This document shows, piece by piece, positions 1 to 8,555 of a stretch of DNA of 32,000 nt; position 1 is the first letter of the stretch, and every line of letters begins with the position of its first letter. Source of the DNA: Ferroglobus placidus DSM 10642 (GTDB lineage Archaea; Halobacteriota; Archaeoglobi; Archaeoglobales; Archaeoglobaceae); assembly GCF_000025505.1 (NCBI RefSeq), contig NC_013849.1, forward strand, positions 1,020,001-1,052,000, read 5' to 3'. The notes below the pieces were generated by a model. It saw only the letters and a list, made by a program, of their open reading frames with translations, did not search any database and was not told the origin of the DNA. A program made the translations under genes and the position numbers.

Positions 1-1
1 G

Positions 2-475
2 TTCATAGACGAAACTCATCTGATGGACATAGAGCTCTTCTCCTTCATGAACAGAGCGATGGAGTCCGAGATGGCTCCGATAATAATTCTCGCTTCGAAC
101 AGGGGGTTTGCGAAGATAAGAGGAACCGACGTAGTAGCACCGCACGGAATTCCTCTGGACTTGCTGGACAGGCTGCTGATAATAACTACCGAGCCCTACA
201 ACGAAAAAGAGATAGAAGCAATAATAAGAATCAGAGCTTCGGAGATGGGTGTGGAGCTGAGTGACGATGCTTTGAGAAAGTTGACAGAGTTAGGTGTCAA
301 GTTCAGTTTAAGATACGCTGTTCAACTACTTGCTCCAGCCAACGAGTTCGCCAAGTTAAGAAATTCAGGCAAGATAGGAGTGGAAGATGTTGAGAGGGCT
401 GCGGAGCTATTCGTAGACGTTAGTACGAGCTCTTCGTATCTGAAGAAGTGGGAAGAAAAGATGTTAACTTCCTGA
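2..475 (+). CDS. C-terminal part of TIP49/RuvB-like (Rvb) AAA+ ATPase, 5' truncated by window edge
   Basis: Reading frame open from base 2: FIDETHLMDIELFSFMNRAMESEMAPIIILASNRG... has the Walker B and sensor-1 context of the TIP49 family, followed by the PLDLLDRLLIITTEPYN segment. Confidence 0.9.
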   Translation, partial: FIDETHLMDIELFSFMNRAMESEMAPIIILASNRGFAKIRGTDVVAPHGIPLDLLDRLLIITTEPYNEKEIEAIIRIRASEMGVELSDDALRKLTELGVKFSLRYAVQLLAPANEFAKLRNSGKIGVEDVERAAELFVDVSTSSSYLKKWEEKMLTS

Positions 476-528
476 TTTTACAAAACTTTTTTATCAGAGA
501 ATTTGTAAATAATTAAGTAGGTGGTAAT

Positions 529-993
529 ATGGCGTTGGATGCGAACAAACTCGTTATTCGCCCGTTGCGACAGGAGGATTTTGAGGAGGTTGTGAGAATA
601 GATGCAGAGTACACCGGAGAAAGGAGAGAGGAGTACTACAGAAGGCTTTTCAACGAGATTCTTAATGCCGAGCACGCTATAATAACGTCTCTTGCAGCTG
701 AATACGACGGCAAACTCGTTGGATTTATAGCCGGAACAGTTTTCTCGGGAGAATTTGGAATTCCAGAGAATACTGCATACATAACAACGATGGGCGTTGA
801 TAAGAATTTCGTGAGAATGGGGATAGGAAAGGAGCTTTTTAAAGAGTTCGTGAGAAACGTTAGAGCTGCGGGAGTGACGAGGATTTACACAATCGTCGAT
901 TGGGAAGAGAATTGGGACTTGCTCAGCTTTTTCAGAAAAGCCGGATTCAAGCCGTCGGCAACGAAAATTTACTTGGAAATGGAGGTTCCCTAA
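529..993 (+). CDS. GNAT-family N-acetyltransferase
   Basis: VRPLRQEDFEEVVRID...GFIAG...YITTMGVDKNFVRMGIGKELFKEFVRNVRAAG: acetyl-CoA binding R/Q-x-x-G-x-G/A region. Confidence 0.85.
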   Translation: MALDANKLVIRPLRQEDFEEVVRIDAEYTGERREEYYRRLFNEILNAEHAIITSLAAEYDGKLVGFIAGTVFSGEFGIPENTAYITTMGVDKNFVRMGIGKELFKEFVRNVRAAGVTRIYTIVDWEENWDLLSFFRKAGFKPSATKIYLEMEVP

Positions 994-1054
994 TTTATTA
1001 TTCCTAATAGCGTTAATGAACTGCAAAAATCCGAAAAATCGTTAATTTTAAAAT

Positions 1055-1100
1055 TTACAATGTAACAAGAAAAACCTTTTAAACTTTACATTGTAAAGTT
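1055..1100. promoter_or_regulatory. Tandem palindromic operator candidate (TTACAaTGTAA and AACTTTACAtTGTAAAGTT) just upstream of the ferredoxin gene
   Basis: Two inverted repeats centred at 1060 and 1091, 31 bp apart (about 3 helical turns). The second is a perfect 9+9 bp palindrome ending 5 bp before the ATG at 1106. Confidence 0.6.
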
Positions 1101-1105
1101 CGTTT

Positions 1106-1417
1106 ATGATTGCTCAGTACGGCTATAGGGATGGGTCCGGCACGTATTACATAAGCATAGACACGGACAAATGCGACGGCTGCGTTGATTACGAAGTGGC
1201 TAAGTGCGTTGAAGTTTGTCCAGCGGGAGTTTTCGAGGTCGTCGACGAAGATCCGAACGATCCTCTAAGGGAGGAACCGGTTGCGATAGTTAAGGAGGAG
1301 CACAGAAACAAGCTAAGATTCAGCTGCGCCCAATGCAAGCCGGCAAGCGGCTACAGAATAGAAGATCTGCCCTGCGTTAAAGCCTGTCCGAATGGAGCTA
1401 TATCCCACAGCTGGTAG
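1106..1417 (+). CDS. 4Fe-4S ferredoxin, candidate electron donor for benzoyl-CoA reductase
   Basis: CDGCxxxxxxxCVEVCP ... CAQC ... CVKACPNGAI cysteine clusters; lies near the bcr genes. Confidence 0.8.
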   Translation: MIAQYGYRDGSGTYYISIDTDKCDGCVDYEVAKCVEVCPAGVFEVVDEDPNDPLREEPVAIVKEEHRNKLRFSCAQCKPASGYRIEDLPCVKACPNGAISHSW

Positions 1418-1419
1418 CC

Positions 1420-1632
1420 ATGTGGAAGCGAGCTTTCACGATTGAAAGGGAGAGGGCGAAGGAATACGTAGAGCTCTACGAATCCATGGGTTACGAAGTG
1501 AAAGTAGTTGATGCCAAGAGCTGTGACAGGGAGTGCGGGGTTTGCTATCTCGGCGGAGACTACGTGGAAATCTGGATAAGGAAAAAAGACGAAGGAGAAG
1601 GAGAACTTAACGAAGATTTATACGAAGATTAG
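1420..1632 (+). CDS. Small conserved-looking hypothetical protein with CDRECGVC cysteine motif
   Basis: 70-aa ORF starting 3 bp after the ferredoxin stop, same strand. Confidence 0.55.
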   Translation: MWKRAFTIERERAKEYVELYESMGYEVKVVDAKSCDRECGVCYLGGDYVEIWIRKKDEGEGELNEDLYED

Positions 1633-2468
1633 CCGAGATAAACGAGCGTCGCTCCGAAAACTGTTAAAACTACTCCAAAAATAGTTTTCAACGCTATTTT
1701 TTCGAGAGATTGAATGAAGAGTAGAGAGAAGAGCGTGGTAAATATCGGGTAGAGATTCGAGAGGGGAACAGCGATAATTACTGGTGTCGTGCTTAAAGAT
1801 AGGAAGTAAAAGTACGTTCCGACGAAAAGAGCCGTTCCAGAGAGGAAGAGGTAGGGAGATATTTTTTCCGGCTTCACCTTTCTCTTGTAAGCGGAGAAAA
1901 GGAAAAGAGCAGAAACACCAGAGAGGAGAGAAATCAAGTTGCTTAAAGATACGCTCTCCTCAATTATTCCCTTCTTCACGAAAATAGCCGCAAGCCCGTA
2001 CATGAAGCCTGCCGCTAAAGACAGAGCTAAACCTTCCCTTCTTATATCTTCCGTTGTGAATATGTAAAGTCCGAAAATCATTAGCGCGCTGCCAAAAGCG
2101 ACCAAAAAAGTTGGTTTTTCTCCGAGAACGATTATTCCGAGAATCGCCGAGAAAAATATTCTCGTCGACGTTCCGGTGTAAGCCCTTGAGGAGCCGATGT
2201 AATGAACGGAAAAGTAAGTCATCGTTCTACCCATAAACTGCTGTATCAGTCCAGCTAAAGCTAAGAAGATAACGTTTTCGAAGCCGATCGTAAGATTTTT
2301 CGATAGAGATCCGTCGGCAATTACGAGAAAAACGAGCCAGAGGGTGTTGATGGATAGAATAAACAAAGTTCCCGAAAGAGGATTTACGTCCTGAAGAGCT
2401 TTTCTTACAAATACCCCGTTCAATCCCCAGAAAATCGAAGACAGTAGAGCGAAGATTTCTCCCAACAC
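1629..2468 (-). CDS. EamA/DMT-family transporter
   Basis: Multiple hydrophobic helices with internal duplication; FALLSSIFWGLNGVFVRKAL and LSLAAGFMYGLAAIFVKKG are typical of EamA. Confidence 0.85.
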   Translation of the reverse strand: MLGEIFALLSSIFWGLNGVFVRKALQDVNPLSGTLFILSINTLWLVFLVIADGSLSKNLTIGFENVIFLALAGLIQQFMGRTMTYFSVHYIGSSRAYTGTSTRIFFSAILGIIVLGEKPTFLVAFGSALMIFGLYIFTTEDIRREGLALSLAAGFMYGLAAIFVKKGIIEESVSLSNLISLLSGVSALFLFSAYKRKVKPEKISPYLFLSGTALFVGTYFYFLSLSTTPVIIAVPLSNLYPIFTTLFSLLFIQSLEKIALKTIFGVVLTVFGATLVYLG

Positions 2469-2548
2469 TGTTCGAAATCATTCGGACGTATTTAAATACG
2501 TTTCTTTACACCATCACGCTTATATATCAATAAAGCTTGACAGAATTC

Positions 2549-3082
2549 ATGGACTTTGATCTGAGAACGCCGATAGTCAAACTCGACAAGACGAGGAAAG
2601 CGATTTTAAGGGAAAAAATAGCAGATCCAAGCATAACGACAAGGAAGCTTAGCGAGGTTTTAAAGGAAAAGTACGACATAAGCCTGAGTCATGCGAGAGT
2701 TGCGGAGATAATAAAAGAGATGAAGGAGCAGGAAATTTTCAGGGAGACTGTGATCCCGAATGAGAACTACTTCATCTTTGCTTTCATGGAGATGAGTTTC
2801 AACAATGAAAACTTCGCTGAACACTGGAGGAGAACGTACGAATACCTCATTTCCTCTCCAAACGTAGTTTTGTTCTTCACGACCGACGGGATCATGAGGT
2901 GGAAAACGTTAATGGTTTTCAGAAGTTTTCAGGAAGTTTCGAGATGGGTGCATCACTTTCTTAAAGAATACGGAGTTTTAATTCAAGATCTCGACCTGCA
3001 GATAATCTACAGAATTTTGAAGTTCCGCTTCGACGAGTCGTTGCTTGATGATGTCATATCCGAATCTTCTGATACAATGTAA
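2549..3082 (+). CDS. HTH transcriptional regulator, candidate local regulator of the aromatic operon
   Basis: KLDKTRKAILREKIADPSITTRKLSEVLKEKYDISLSHARVAEIIKEMKEQEI is a Lrp/winged-helix-like HTH. The TTG at 2537 is an alternative start; ATG at 2549 is more likely. It lies directly upstream of bcr. Confidence 0.7.
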   Translation: MDFDLRTPIVKLDKTRKAILREKIADPSITTRKLSEVLKEKYDISLSHARVAEIIKEMKEQEIFRETVIPNENYFIFAFMEMSFNNENFAEHWRRTYEYLISSPNVVLFFTTDGIMRWKTLMVFRSFQEVSRWVHHFLKEYGVLIQDLDLQIIYRILKFRFDESLLDDVISESSDTM

Positions 3083-3191
3083 AATCTAACAGCTTATTTT
3101 TCCACCATTATCCAGAAAACTTTAAATACATGTTTTACAACATTAGGTTAAATAGCGGTAAAAGTTGACACTAACGGATCGGGGGGATAGA

Positions 3192-4373
3192 ATGGGAGAA
3201 AACGTGGAAAACTTACCTGAGATTAGGCAATTCAAGGAATGGTTCGAAAAGAGGCACGAGTATGCGAAGAAATGGAAGGAGAAAACCGGAGGAAAAGTAG
3301 TAGGATATTACTGCACCTACGTGCCGGAAGAGATTCTCTACGCAGCCGGAATACTGCCAGTGAGAATTCTCGGAAGTCACGAGCCGGAGAGCATTACAAG
3401 ACCGTATCTGCATGATATGTACTGCCCCTTCTGCCACGACACATTGGCTCAGGGGTTGCAGGGAAGGTATAATTACCTCGACGGAGTTACCATCGCTCAA
3501 TCCTGCTTGCACATGAGGCAGTCCTATTTCAGCTTTGCCGACAGAGTCGAGAACATAGAGTGGAGCTACTACTTACCATTCCCTCACGGCGTAAACAATC
3601 CATACGCTGCAGATTACGCGAAGCACGAATTCGAGAAATTCAAAGCGGCCGTGGAAGAGTGGACCGGCACGACTATCTCGGACAAAGACCTTGAAGAGGC
3701 TATTCAGGTTTACAACAAAAACCGCGAGCTTATGATGAAGGTTTTCGAATTCAGGAAGGCTGAAGATCCAAAGATAACGGGGTTGCATGCAATGTACATG
3801 GTCGTTTCGTCTCAAGTAGTGGACAAAGCCGAGCACAACGAAGTTCTCGAAAGCTTGGTCGAAAAGCTTCCGGAAACGGAAAGCGATAGAGAAGTTGGAA
3901 CGAGATTCATGCTAATCGGAAGTGAAGATTACGACGAGGAGTTGTTCAAGCTAATCGAATACGGGATGAATTATCCAGCCACCTTCGTGTTTGAAGAGAA
4001 TTGCACCGGCTCAAGATACTTCTGGGGAACCGTTGAAGATGCCGACGACAAGCTGATGGCCTTAGCGAAGAGGTACGTCTACAGAGTTCCGTGTCCGGCT
4101 AAGGATTGGGCGAGGGGAGATTTCTTCGGAAGGAGGAGGTTCCAGTTTATAGAGAAGGTGATAAGAGAGTGGAACGTCGAAGCAGTTATTATAGCTCAGA
4201 TGAAGTTCTGCGATCCTCATGAGCTTGACATTCCTTCGCTGAGAGACATGCTCGACAAAATGGGAGTTCCGCATCTTCACTTAGAGCTTGACTTAACGCA
4301 GCCCGTCGGTCAGTTCAGAACGAGAGTTGAGGCTTTAATCGAATCGATGGGTGAGGAGGATCTTTACATCTGA
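3192..4373 (+). CDS. bcrC: Benzoyl-CoA reductase subunit, 2-hydroxyacyl-CoA dehydratase D superfamily (BcrC/BzdN-like)
   Basis: FCHDTLAQGLQG...IAQSCLHMRQSYFSFADRV and FCDPHELDIPSLRDMLDKMGVPHLHLELD; order C-B-ATPase-ATPase. ATG at 3192 follows a purine-rich RBS; the ORF track opens at 3165. Confidence 0.85.
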   Translation: MGENVENLPEIRQFKEWFEKRHEYAKKWKEKTGGKVVGYYCTYVPEEILYAAGILPVRILGSHEPESITRPYLHDMYCPFCHDTLAQGLQGRYNYLDGVTIAQSCLHMRQSYFSFADRVENIEWSYYLPFPHGVNNPYAADYAKHEFEKFKAAVEEWTGTTISDKDLEEAIQVYNKNRELMMKVFEFRKAEDPKITGLHAMYMVVSSQVVDKAEHNEVLESLVEKLPETESDREVGTRFMLIGSEDYDEELFKLIEYGMNYPATFVFEENCTGSRYFWGTVEDADDKLMALAKRYVYRVPCPAKDWARGDFFGRRRFQFIEKVIREWNVEAVIIAQMKFCDPHELDIPSLRDMLDKMGVPHLHLELDLTQPVGQFRTRVEALIESMGEEDLYI

Positions 4374-5718
4374 GGTGATAAACGTGACGGAAGTTAAGGT
4401 TAGACCGTTTGAATGTTGGGACGATTTCAAGAAGTATAGGATGGAGTACTACAAGAACTACCTCGAAGCTAAGGAGAAGGGAGGAATTAGGTGGGCTGGT
4501 TCAGCCTGGGCTTTCGATCCAGTTCCGGCTGGATTGGGAGAAGATGTTTATCCGCTAACCGGAGAACCTTACGGAGCTACTTGCGCTTTCTTCAGAGACT
4601 TCTCCTACAGAGCCCTCGAGGCTATAGAGAGGAAGGGTGTCGCAAGGGATCTATGCGGATACATGAGGAACTACTGGGGAAGCATAGTGCTGGACAAGTA
4701 CCTCCTCGCAGACGGAACTGAGGTAGAGCCTTTCCCCAAGCCCGACTTCAACTTCACGATACACATCTGCTGCACCCACGCGAAGTGGTATCACTACGCC
4801 GCCGAGCTCGAAGGAGGAGTGCCAACTTATGCGGTAGACATCTCAGTTGGTCCTGGCTACTTGCTGGACGACAAAAAGATCGAATACGTTGTTAGACAGC
4901 TCGAAGATGCAATTCAGTGGATGGAAAAAGTTACGGGAAGAGAATACGACGACGAGCTTTTGATAAAGGCTGTTGAAAACGAAGCCAAGTCGATGACCCT
5001 CTGGGCTAAGATCTGCAAGCTCAACCAAGCCACTCCTGCTCCGATGGAAGAGAAGAGCATGTTCTCCTTCTACGTCCTAACGCTGCTAAAAAGGAGTGAT
5101 GAGAAAGTAGTGAAGCTCTACGAAAAGCTGTACAAGGAAGTTGAGAGCAGAGTGAAGAGGGGAATTGGGGCTTTAACCTACGAGCAGTTCAGATTTGTGA
5201 CAGACAACCCACCGCCATGGCCCTTCCTGAAAGTTTACAGGTATTTAGAGCAGACGTACGGAGCGGTTTCTGTTGGAAGCATTTATACCTTCGGATTGGG
5301 AGGAGCTTGGAAGTGCATGGATGAAAAGGGAGAGAAGTGGGTCTGGGAACCAGCACCAACGCCAGAGGAGGTTGGATACGAGATCCACGACAGAAGGAGT
5401 GCTCTGTGGTGGACCGCAATGTTCAACCTCAAATACAGAGCTTCCTGGCAGCACGAGTATTCCCACCGGATAAGAAAGCTCGAAACGTACCAGATGATAA
5501 AGGACTGGAAAGTCGATGCAATAATAATGCACCTCAACAGAGGTTGCGAGCTCTGGAACATGTCAACTCTTGAGGTGAGGGACTACTTAGTCAAGCAAGG
5601 AGTTCCAGTGGCGACCTACGAAGGAAACATGGCAGACCCGAGGGAATTCGATGAGGCGAGGACTTTCAACGTCATAGATTCGTTCATGCAGAGTTTGGGT
5701 GTTGAAAAGCTTGCGTGA
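4351..5718 (+). CDS. bcrB: Benzoyl-CoA reductase subunit (BcrB/BzdO-like)
   Basis: Second dehydratase-superfamily subunit with ICCTHAKWYHYAAELEGG and IIMHLNRGCELWNMSTLEVRDYL. GTG at 4384 after GAGGTGAT is a possible true start. Confidence 0.85.
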   Translation: MRRIFTSEVINVTEVKVRPFECWDDFKKYRMEYYKNYLEAKEKGGIRWAGSAWAFDPVPAGLGEDVYPLTGEPYGATCAFFRDFSYRALEAIERKGVARDLCGYMRNYWGSIVLDKYLLADGTEVEPFPKPDFNFTIHICCTHAKWYHYAAELEGGVPTYAVDISVGPGYLLDDKKIEYVVRQLEDAIQWMEKVTGREYDDELLIKAVENEAKSMTLWAKICKLNQATPAPMEEKSMFSFYVLTLLKRSDEKVVKLYEKLYKEVESRVKRGIGALTYEQFRFVTDNPPPWPFLKVYRYLEQTYGAVSVGSIYTFGLGGAWKCMDEKGEKWVWEPAPTPEEVGYEIHDRRSALWWTAMFNLKYRASWQHEYSHRIRKLETYQMIKDWKVDAIIMHLNRGCELWNMSTLEVRDYLVKQGVPVATYEGNMADPREFDEARTFNVIDSFMQSLGVEKLA

Positions 5719-5727
5719 GGTGGTGTT

Positions 5728-6510
5728 ATGTTTGTTGGAGTAGATGTTGGCTCGAAGTATACGAAAGTTGTCGTGATGAACGAGAACAAAGAAGTCCTCT
5801 CATACGTTGTTACGAGAACCGGGACGGATTTGAAGAAGACGTCAACCTCAGCTTTAGAAGAAGCCGTGGAAAAAGCTGGAATTAGCTTGGAAAACGTAAA
5901 AAGGATCGTCGCTACTGGTTTTGGAAAGATTGCCGCTCCGTTTGCAGATGACGAAACGACTCAGGTTATCGCAGCAGCAAAAGGAGCTTACTACGTGAGA
6001 CCGTCCACAAGAACGGTAATCGAAGTTGGAGCTGAGGAGAGCAGAGCGATAAGCTTGGACGACAACGGAAACGTTAAAGATTTTGCTTTAGCCGACAAGT
6101 GTGCCGCTGGAGCTGGATCGTTCGTTGACGCTATGGTTCGCTACTTGGAAGTTACTCCAGAAGAGTTCGGCAGGCTTGCGTTGCAGGCGACGAAAAGCAT
6201 TCCGATGAACGCCCAGTGCGTCATATTCGCTGAATCTGAAGTTGTTTCACTTCTGCACGCCAACGTTCCGAAGGCTGAGATTTCGAGGGCTATTCACGAC
6301 GCTATAGCAGACAGAGTGGCTTCTATTGCCAGAAGACTTGAGATAAGAGACGACGTTCTTTTAATAGGAGGATTAGCCAACGACGTTGGATTCATCGATG
6401 CGATGAAGAGGGAGCTTGAAAGGGAAGTTTACGTGCCAGAGAATTATCCGCCAGAGGTCGTTCCGGCTATAGGAGCGGCAATCGTTGCTTTGGAAACTTA
6501 CAAAGGGTAG
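5728..6510 (+). CDS. Benzoyl-CoA reductase ATPase/activator subunit (BcrA/BcrD/BzdP/BzdQ type)
   Basis: VGVDVGSKYTKVVV, DDETTQVIAAAKGAYY, DKCAAGAGSFVD, VLLIGGLANDVG: ASKHA fold acyl-CoA dehydratase activator family. A versus D assignment not made. Confidence 0.85.
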   Translation: MFVGVDVGSKYTKVVVMNENKEVLSYVVTRTGTDLKKTSTSALEEAVEKAGISLENVKRIVATGFGKIAAPFADDETTQVIAAAKGAYYVRPSTRTVIEVGAEESRAISLDDNGNVKDFALADKCAAGAGSFVDAMVRYLEVTPEEFGRLALQATKSIPMNAQCVIFAESEVVSLLHANVPKAEISRAIHDAIADRVASIARRLEIRDDVLLIGGLANDVGFIDAMKRELEREVYVPENYPPEVVPAIGAAIVALETYKG

Positions 6511-7428
6511 GTGGTGAGTATGGTTTCCGTACAGGAGAGCGAATACTGGAAGTGGCCAGAACAGATCTGGGTTGATGAGAGCAAAAACTGGAAGGATGCC
6601 GAAGTTATAAGCTGCGGAATAGATCTCGGCTCTGTAAGTACTCAAGCGGTGATAATGCTCGATGGTGAACTTTACGCTTACGCAAACATGAGAACTGGAA
6701 CTGGAAGCGTGGCAAGCGCTGAAAGAGCTTTGAATGCTGTGTTGAAGAAGATCGAAGTCACAACTGGCGAGCCTATTAGCAGAGAGAACATCCATTACAT
6801 AGTCGCCACCGGCTACGGAAGAGTTTCCGTTCCCTTCGCGAATAAATCCATAACCGAAATAGCCTGCCACGGGAGAGGGGCAGTTTACATCTACGGAGAT
6901 ACCGTAAGAACGGTTTTGGACATGGGTGGGCAGGATTTGAAAGCGATAAAGGTTGATAGTAAAGGTAAAGTCGTGAACTTCCTGATGAACGACAAGTGCG
7001 CTGCAGGAACGGGAAGAGGAATAGAAGTCGTCTGCGATTTACTGGCTGTGCCTATAACAGAGGCTGGAGAGCTTTCGCTGAAAGTCGACGAGGAGCCAGA
7101 GCCTGTATCGACGACATGCGTCGTTTTCGCGAAATCGGAGATCCTTGGACTGATAAGGAAGGGTTGGAGCAAGGAGAAGATTTTAGCAGCTTTCTTCAAC
7201 GCGGTAGCGAGCAGAGTCGTTGAGCTACTGGAAAGAGTTGGAGTCGAGCCGGACTTTGCCATAACCGGAGGAATTTCGAAGAACATCGGAGTCGTAAAGA
7301 GAATTGAAGACAAGCTCGGTATCAAAGCCCTAAAGCCAAAAGAGGGATTAGATCCGCAATTAGCCGGAGCGATTGGTGCTGCGTTGTTTGCGAGAGCCCT
7401 CTACTTGAAGGAGCAGAAGAAAAAGTAA
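6511..7428 (+). CDS. Second benzoyl-CoA reductase ATPase subunit (BcrA/BcrD/BzdP/BzdQ type)
   Basis: CGIDLGSVSTQAVIML, VLDMGGQDLKAIKV, NDKCAAGTGRGIEV, FAITGGISKNIG; ASKHA ATPase motifs. Confidence 0.85.
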   Translation: MVSMVSVQESEYWKWPEQIWVDESKNWKDAEVISCGIDLGSVSTQAVIMLDGELYAYANMRTGTGSVASAERALNAVLKKIEVTTGEPISRENIHYIVATGYGRVSVPFANKSITEIACHGRGAVYIYGDTVRTVLDMGGQDLKAIKVDSKGKVVNFLMNDKCAAGTGRGIEVVCDLLAVPITEAGELSLKVDEEPEPVSTTCVVFAKSEILGLIRKGWSKEKILAAFFNAVASRVVELLERVGVEPDFAITGGISKNIGVVKRIEDKLGIKALKPKEGLDPQLAGAIGAALFARALYLKEQKKK

Positions 7429-7457
7429 CTTTTAATTATTTTTAACTCCTTTTTCGG

Positions 7458-8546
7458 GTGGGGTGGAAATTGAAGATAGTTGTGGATGGAAAGGAGATGG
7501 AAGTAGAGAACGGCAGATTGGTTGACGTTCTCGTGAACAATGGAATTTACGTTCCCAATCTATGCCATCATCCAAACGTTAGCCCGGCAAGCAAAGCAAA
7601 AGGGAGGGAGGCTGTTTTCAGGGGTAAGGAGAAAATAGAAGGTGTGGCGGGAAATTACGACGGTTGCGGACTTTGCTACGTAAAAGTAGATGGAAGTCTC
7701 GTAAAAGCCTGCGAAGTTGACGTAAAAGAGGGGATGAGCGTCACAACAAAAGACGAGGAGATAGAAAGAATAAGGAAAGAGAACCTCGCGAAGATTTTAG
7801 CGAACCACCCCCACGTGTGCATAACTTGTCCCTACAGAGAGGGGTGCGACAGAATAAGCTGCACGTTCGGTTATCCTAAGGAAGAGAGGTGCTGCGATTT
7901 ATTTCCGAAATGCGAACTTCGTTTCGTAGCTGAATTTATAGGAGTTCCCGATAACACGCCGAAGTACACTTTCAAAAATTTGCCGGTTGTTGAAGAAAAG
8001 CTCTACCGATGGGATTGGAACTACTGCATAAACTGCACGAGGTGCGTGAGAGGTTGTAACGAGGTGAGGGGAGCAGAAGCTTTGAGCTTCACCGTCGTAA
8101 ACGGTGGAATCGTCGTGGGAAGGACTGCGGAAGATGAAATAAAATCCGGATGTAAGTTCTGCGGAGTTTGCGTTGAAATCTGTCCTACAGGAGTCGTAAG
8201 GGACAAGAAAAAGCACACCAACAAGTGGAGGGAATCGATAGTAAAGAAGGTTCTTCCCCAGCTTAAGAAGGTTTTCGAGTTGAACGAGGAGAACGTTAAG
8301 AATGTTCCCGAATCACCAGGAGTTTTCAGGTTGTACGACGAAAACATGGAAATCGTTTACATAAAAGGTGTTCCGAATTTGAGAGAAGCTTTAAGGGAGG
8401 AGCTCGGAAGAGCGAAGTTTTTCGATTTTGAGGAACACGAGATGTTCACGATGAGGGAGAGCGAACTTATTCAAGAATTTTTGCAGAAGCACGGCAGAAT
8501 GCCGAAGCTCAACGACGAGTTGGAGGATCTTTTTGACGATTTGTGA
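7458..8546 (+). CDS. 2Fe-2S/4Fe-4S iron-sulfur protein (NuoG/HoxU N-terminal-like) with degenerate GIY-YIG-like C-terminal domain
   Basis: CHHPNVSP...CGLCYVKV...C (2Fe-2S), HPHVCITCPYREGC (His-Cys cluster), CINCTRCVRGC and CKFCGVCVEICP (4Fe-4S). C-terminal VPESPGVFRLYDENMEIVYIKGVPNLREALREEL resembles the UvrC GIY-YIG N-motif. Confidence 0.75.
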   Translation: MGWKLKIVVDGKEMEVENGRLVDVLVNNGIYVPNLCHHPNVSPASKAKGREAVFRGKEKIEGVAGNYDGCGLCYVKVDGSLVKACEVDVKEGMSVTTKDEEIERIRKENLAKILANHPHVCITCPYREGCDRISCTFGYPKEERCCDLFPKCELRFVAEFIGVPDNTPKYTFKNLPVVEEKLYRWDWNYCINCTRCVRGCNEVRGAEALSFTVVNGGIVVGRTAEDEIKSGCKFCGVCVEICPTGVVRDKKKHTNKWRESIVKKVLPQLKKVFELNEENVKNVPESPGVFRLYDENMEIVYIKGVPNLREALREELGRAKFFDFEEHEMFTMRESELIQEFLQKHGRMPKLNDELEDLFDDL

Positions 8547-8555
8547 GGTGATTTT

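Noticed and set aside
478-1026. 182-aa minus-strand ORF opposite the GNAT gene
   Set aside because: Antisense to a clear GNAT protein; no coherent domain pattern.
5189-5573. Cluster of overlapping ORFs on several frames inside bcrB
   Set aside because: Shadow ORFs of a strongly supported coding frame in moderately GC-rich sequence.
6373-7325. Minus-strand ORFs of 165 and 144 aa across the ATPase subunits
   Set aside because: Antisense shadows; the plus-strand proteins carry conserved ASKHA motifs.
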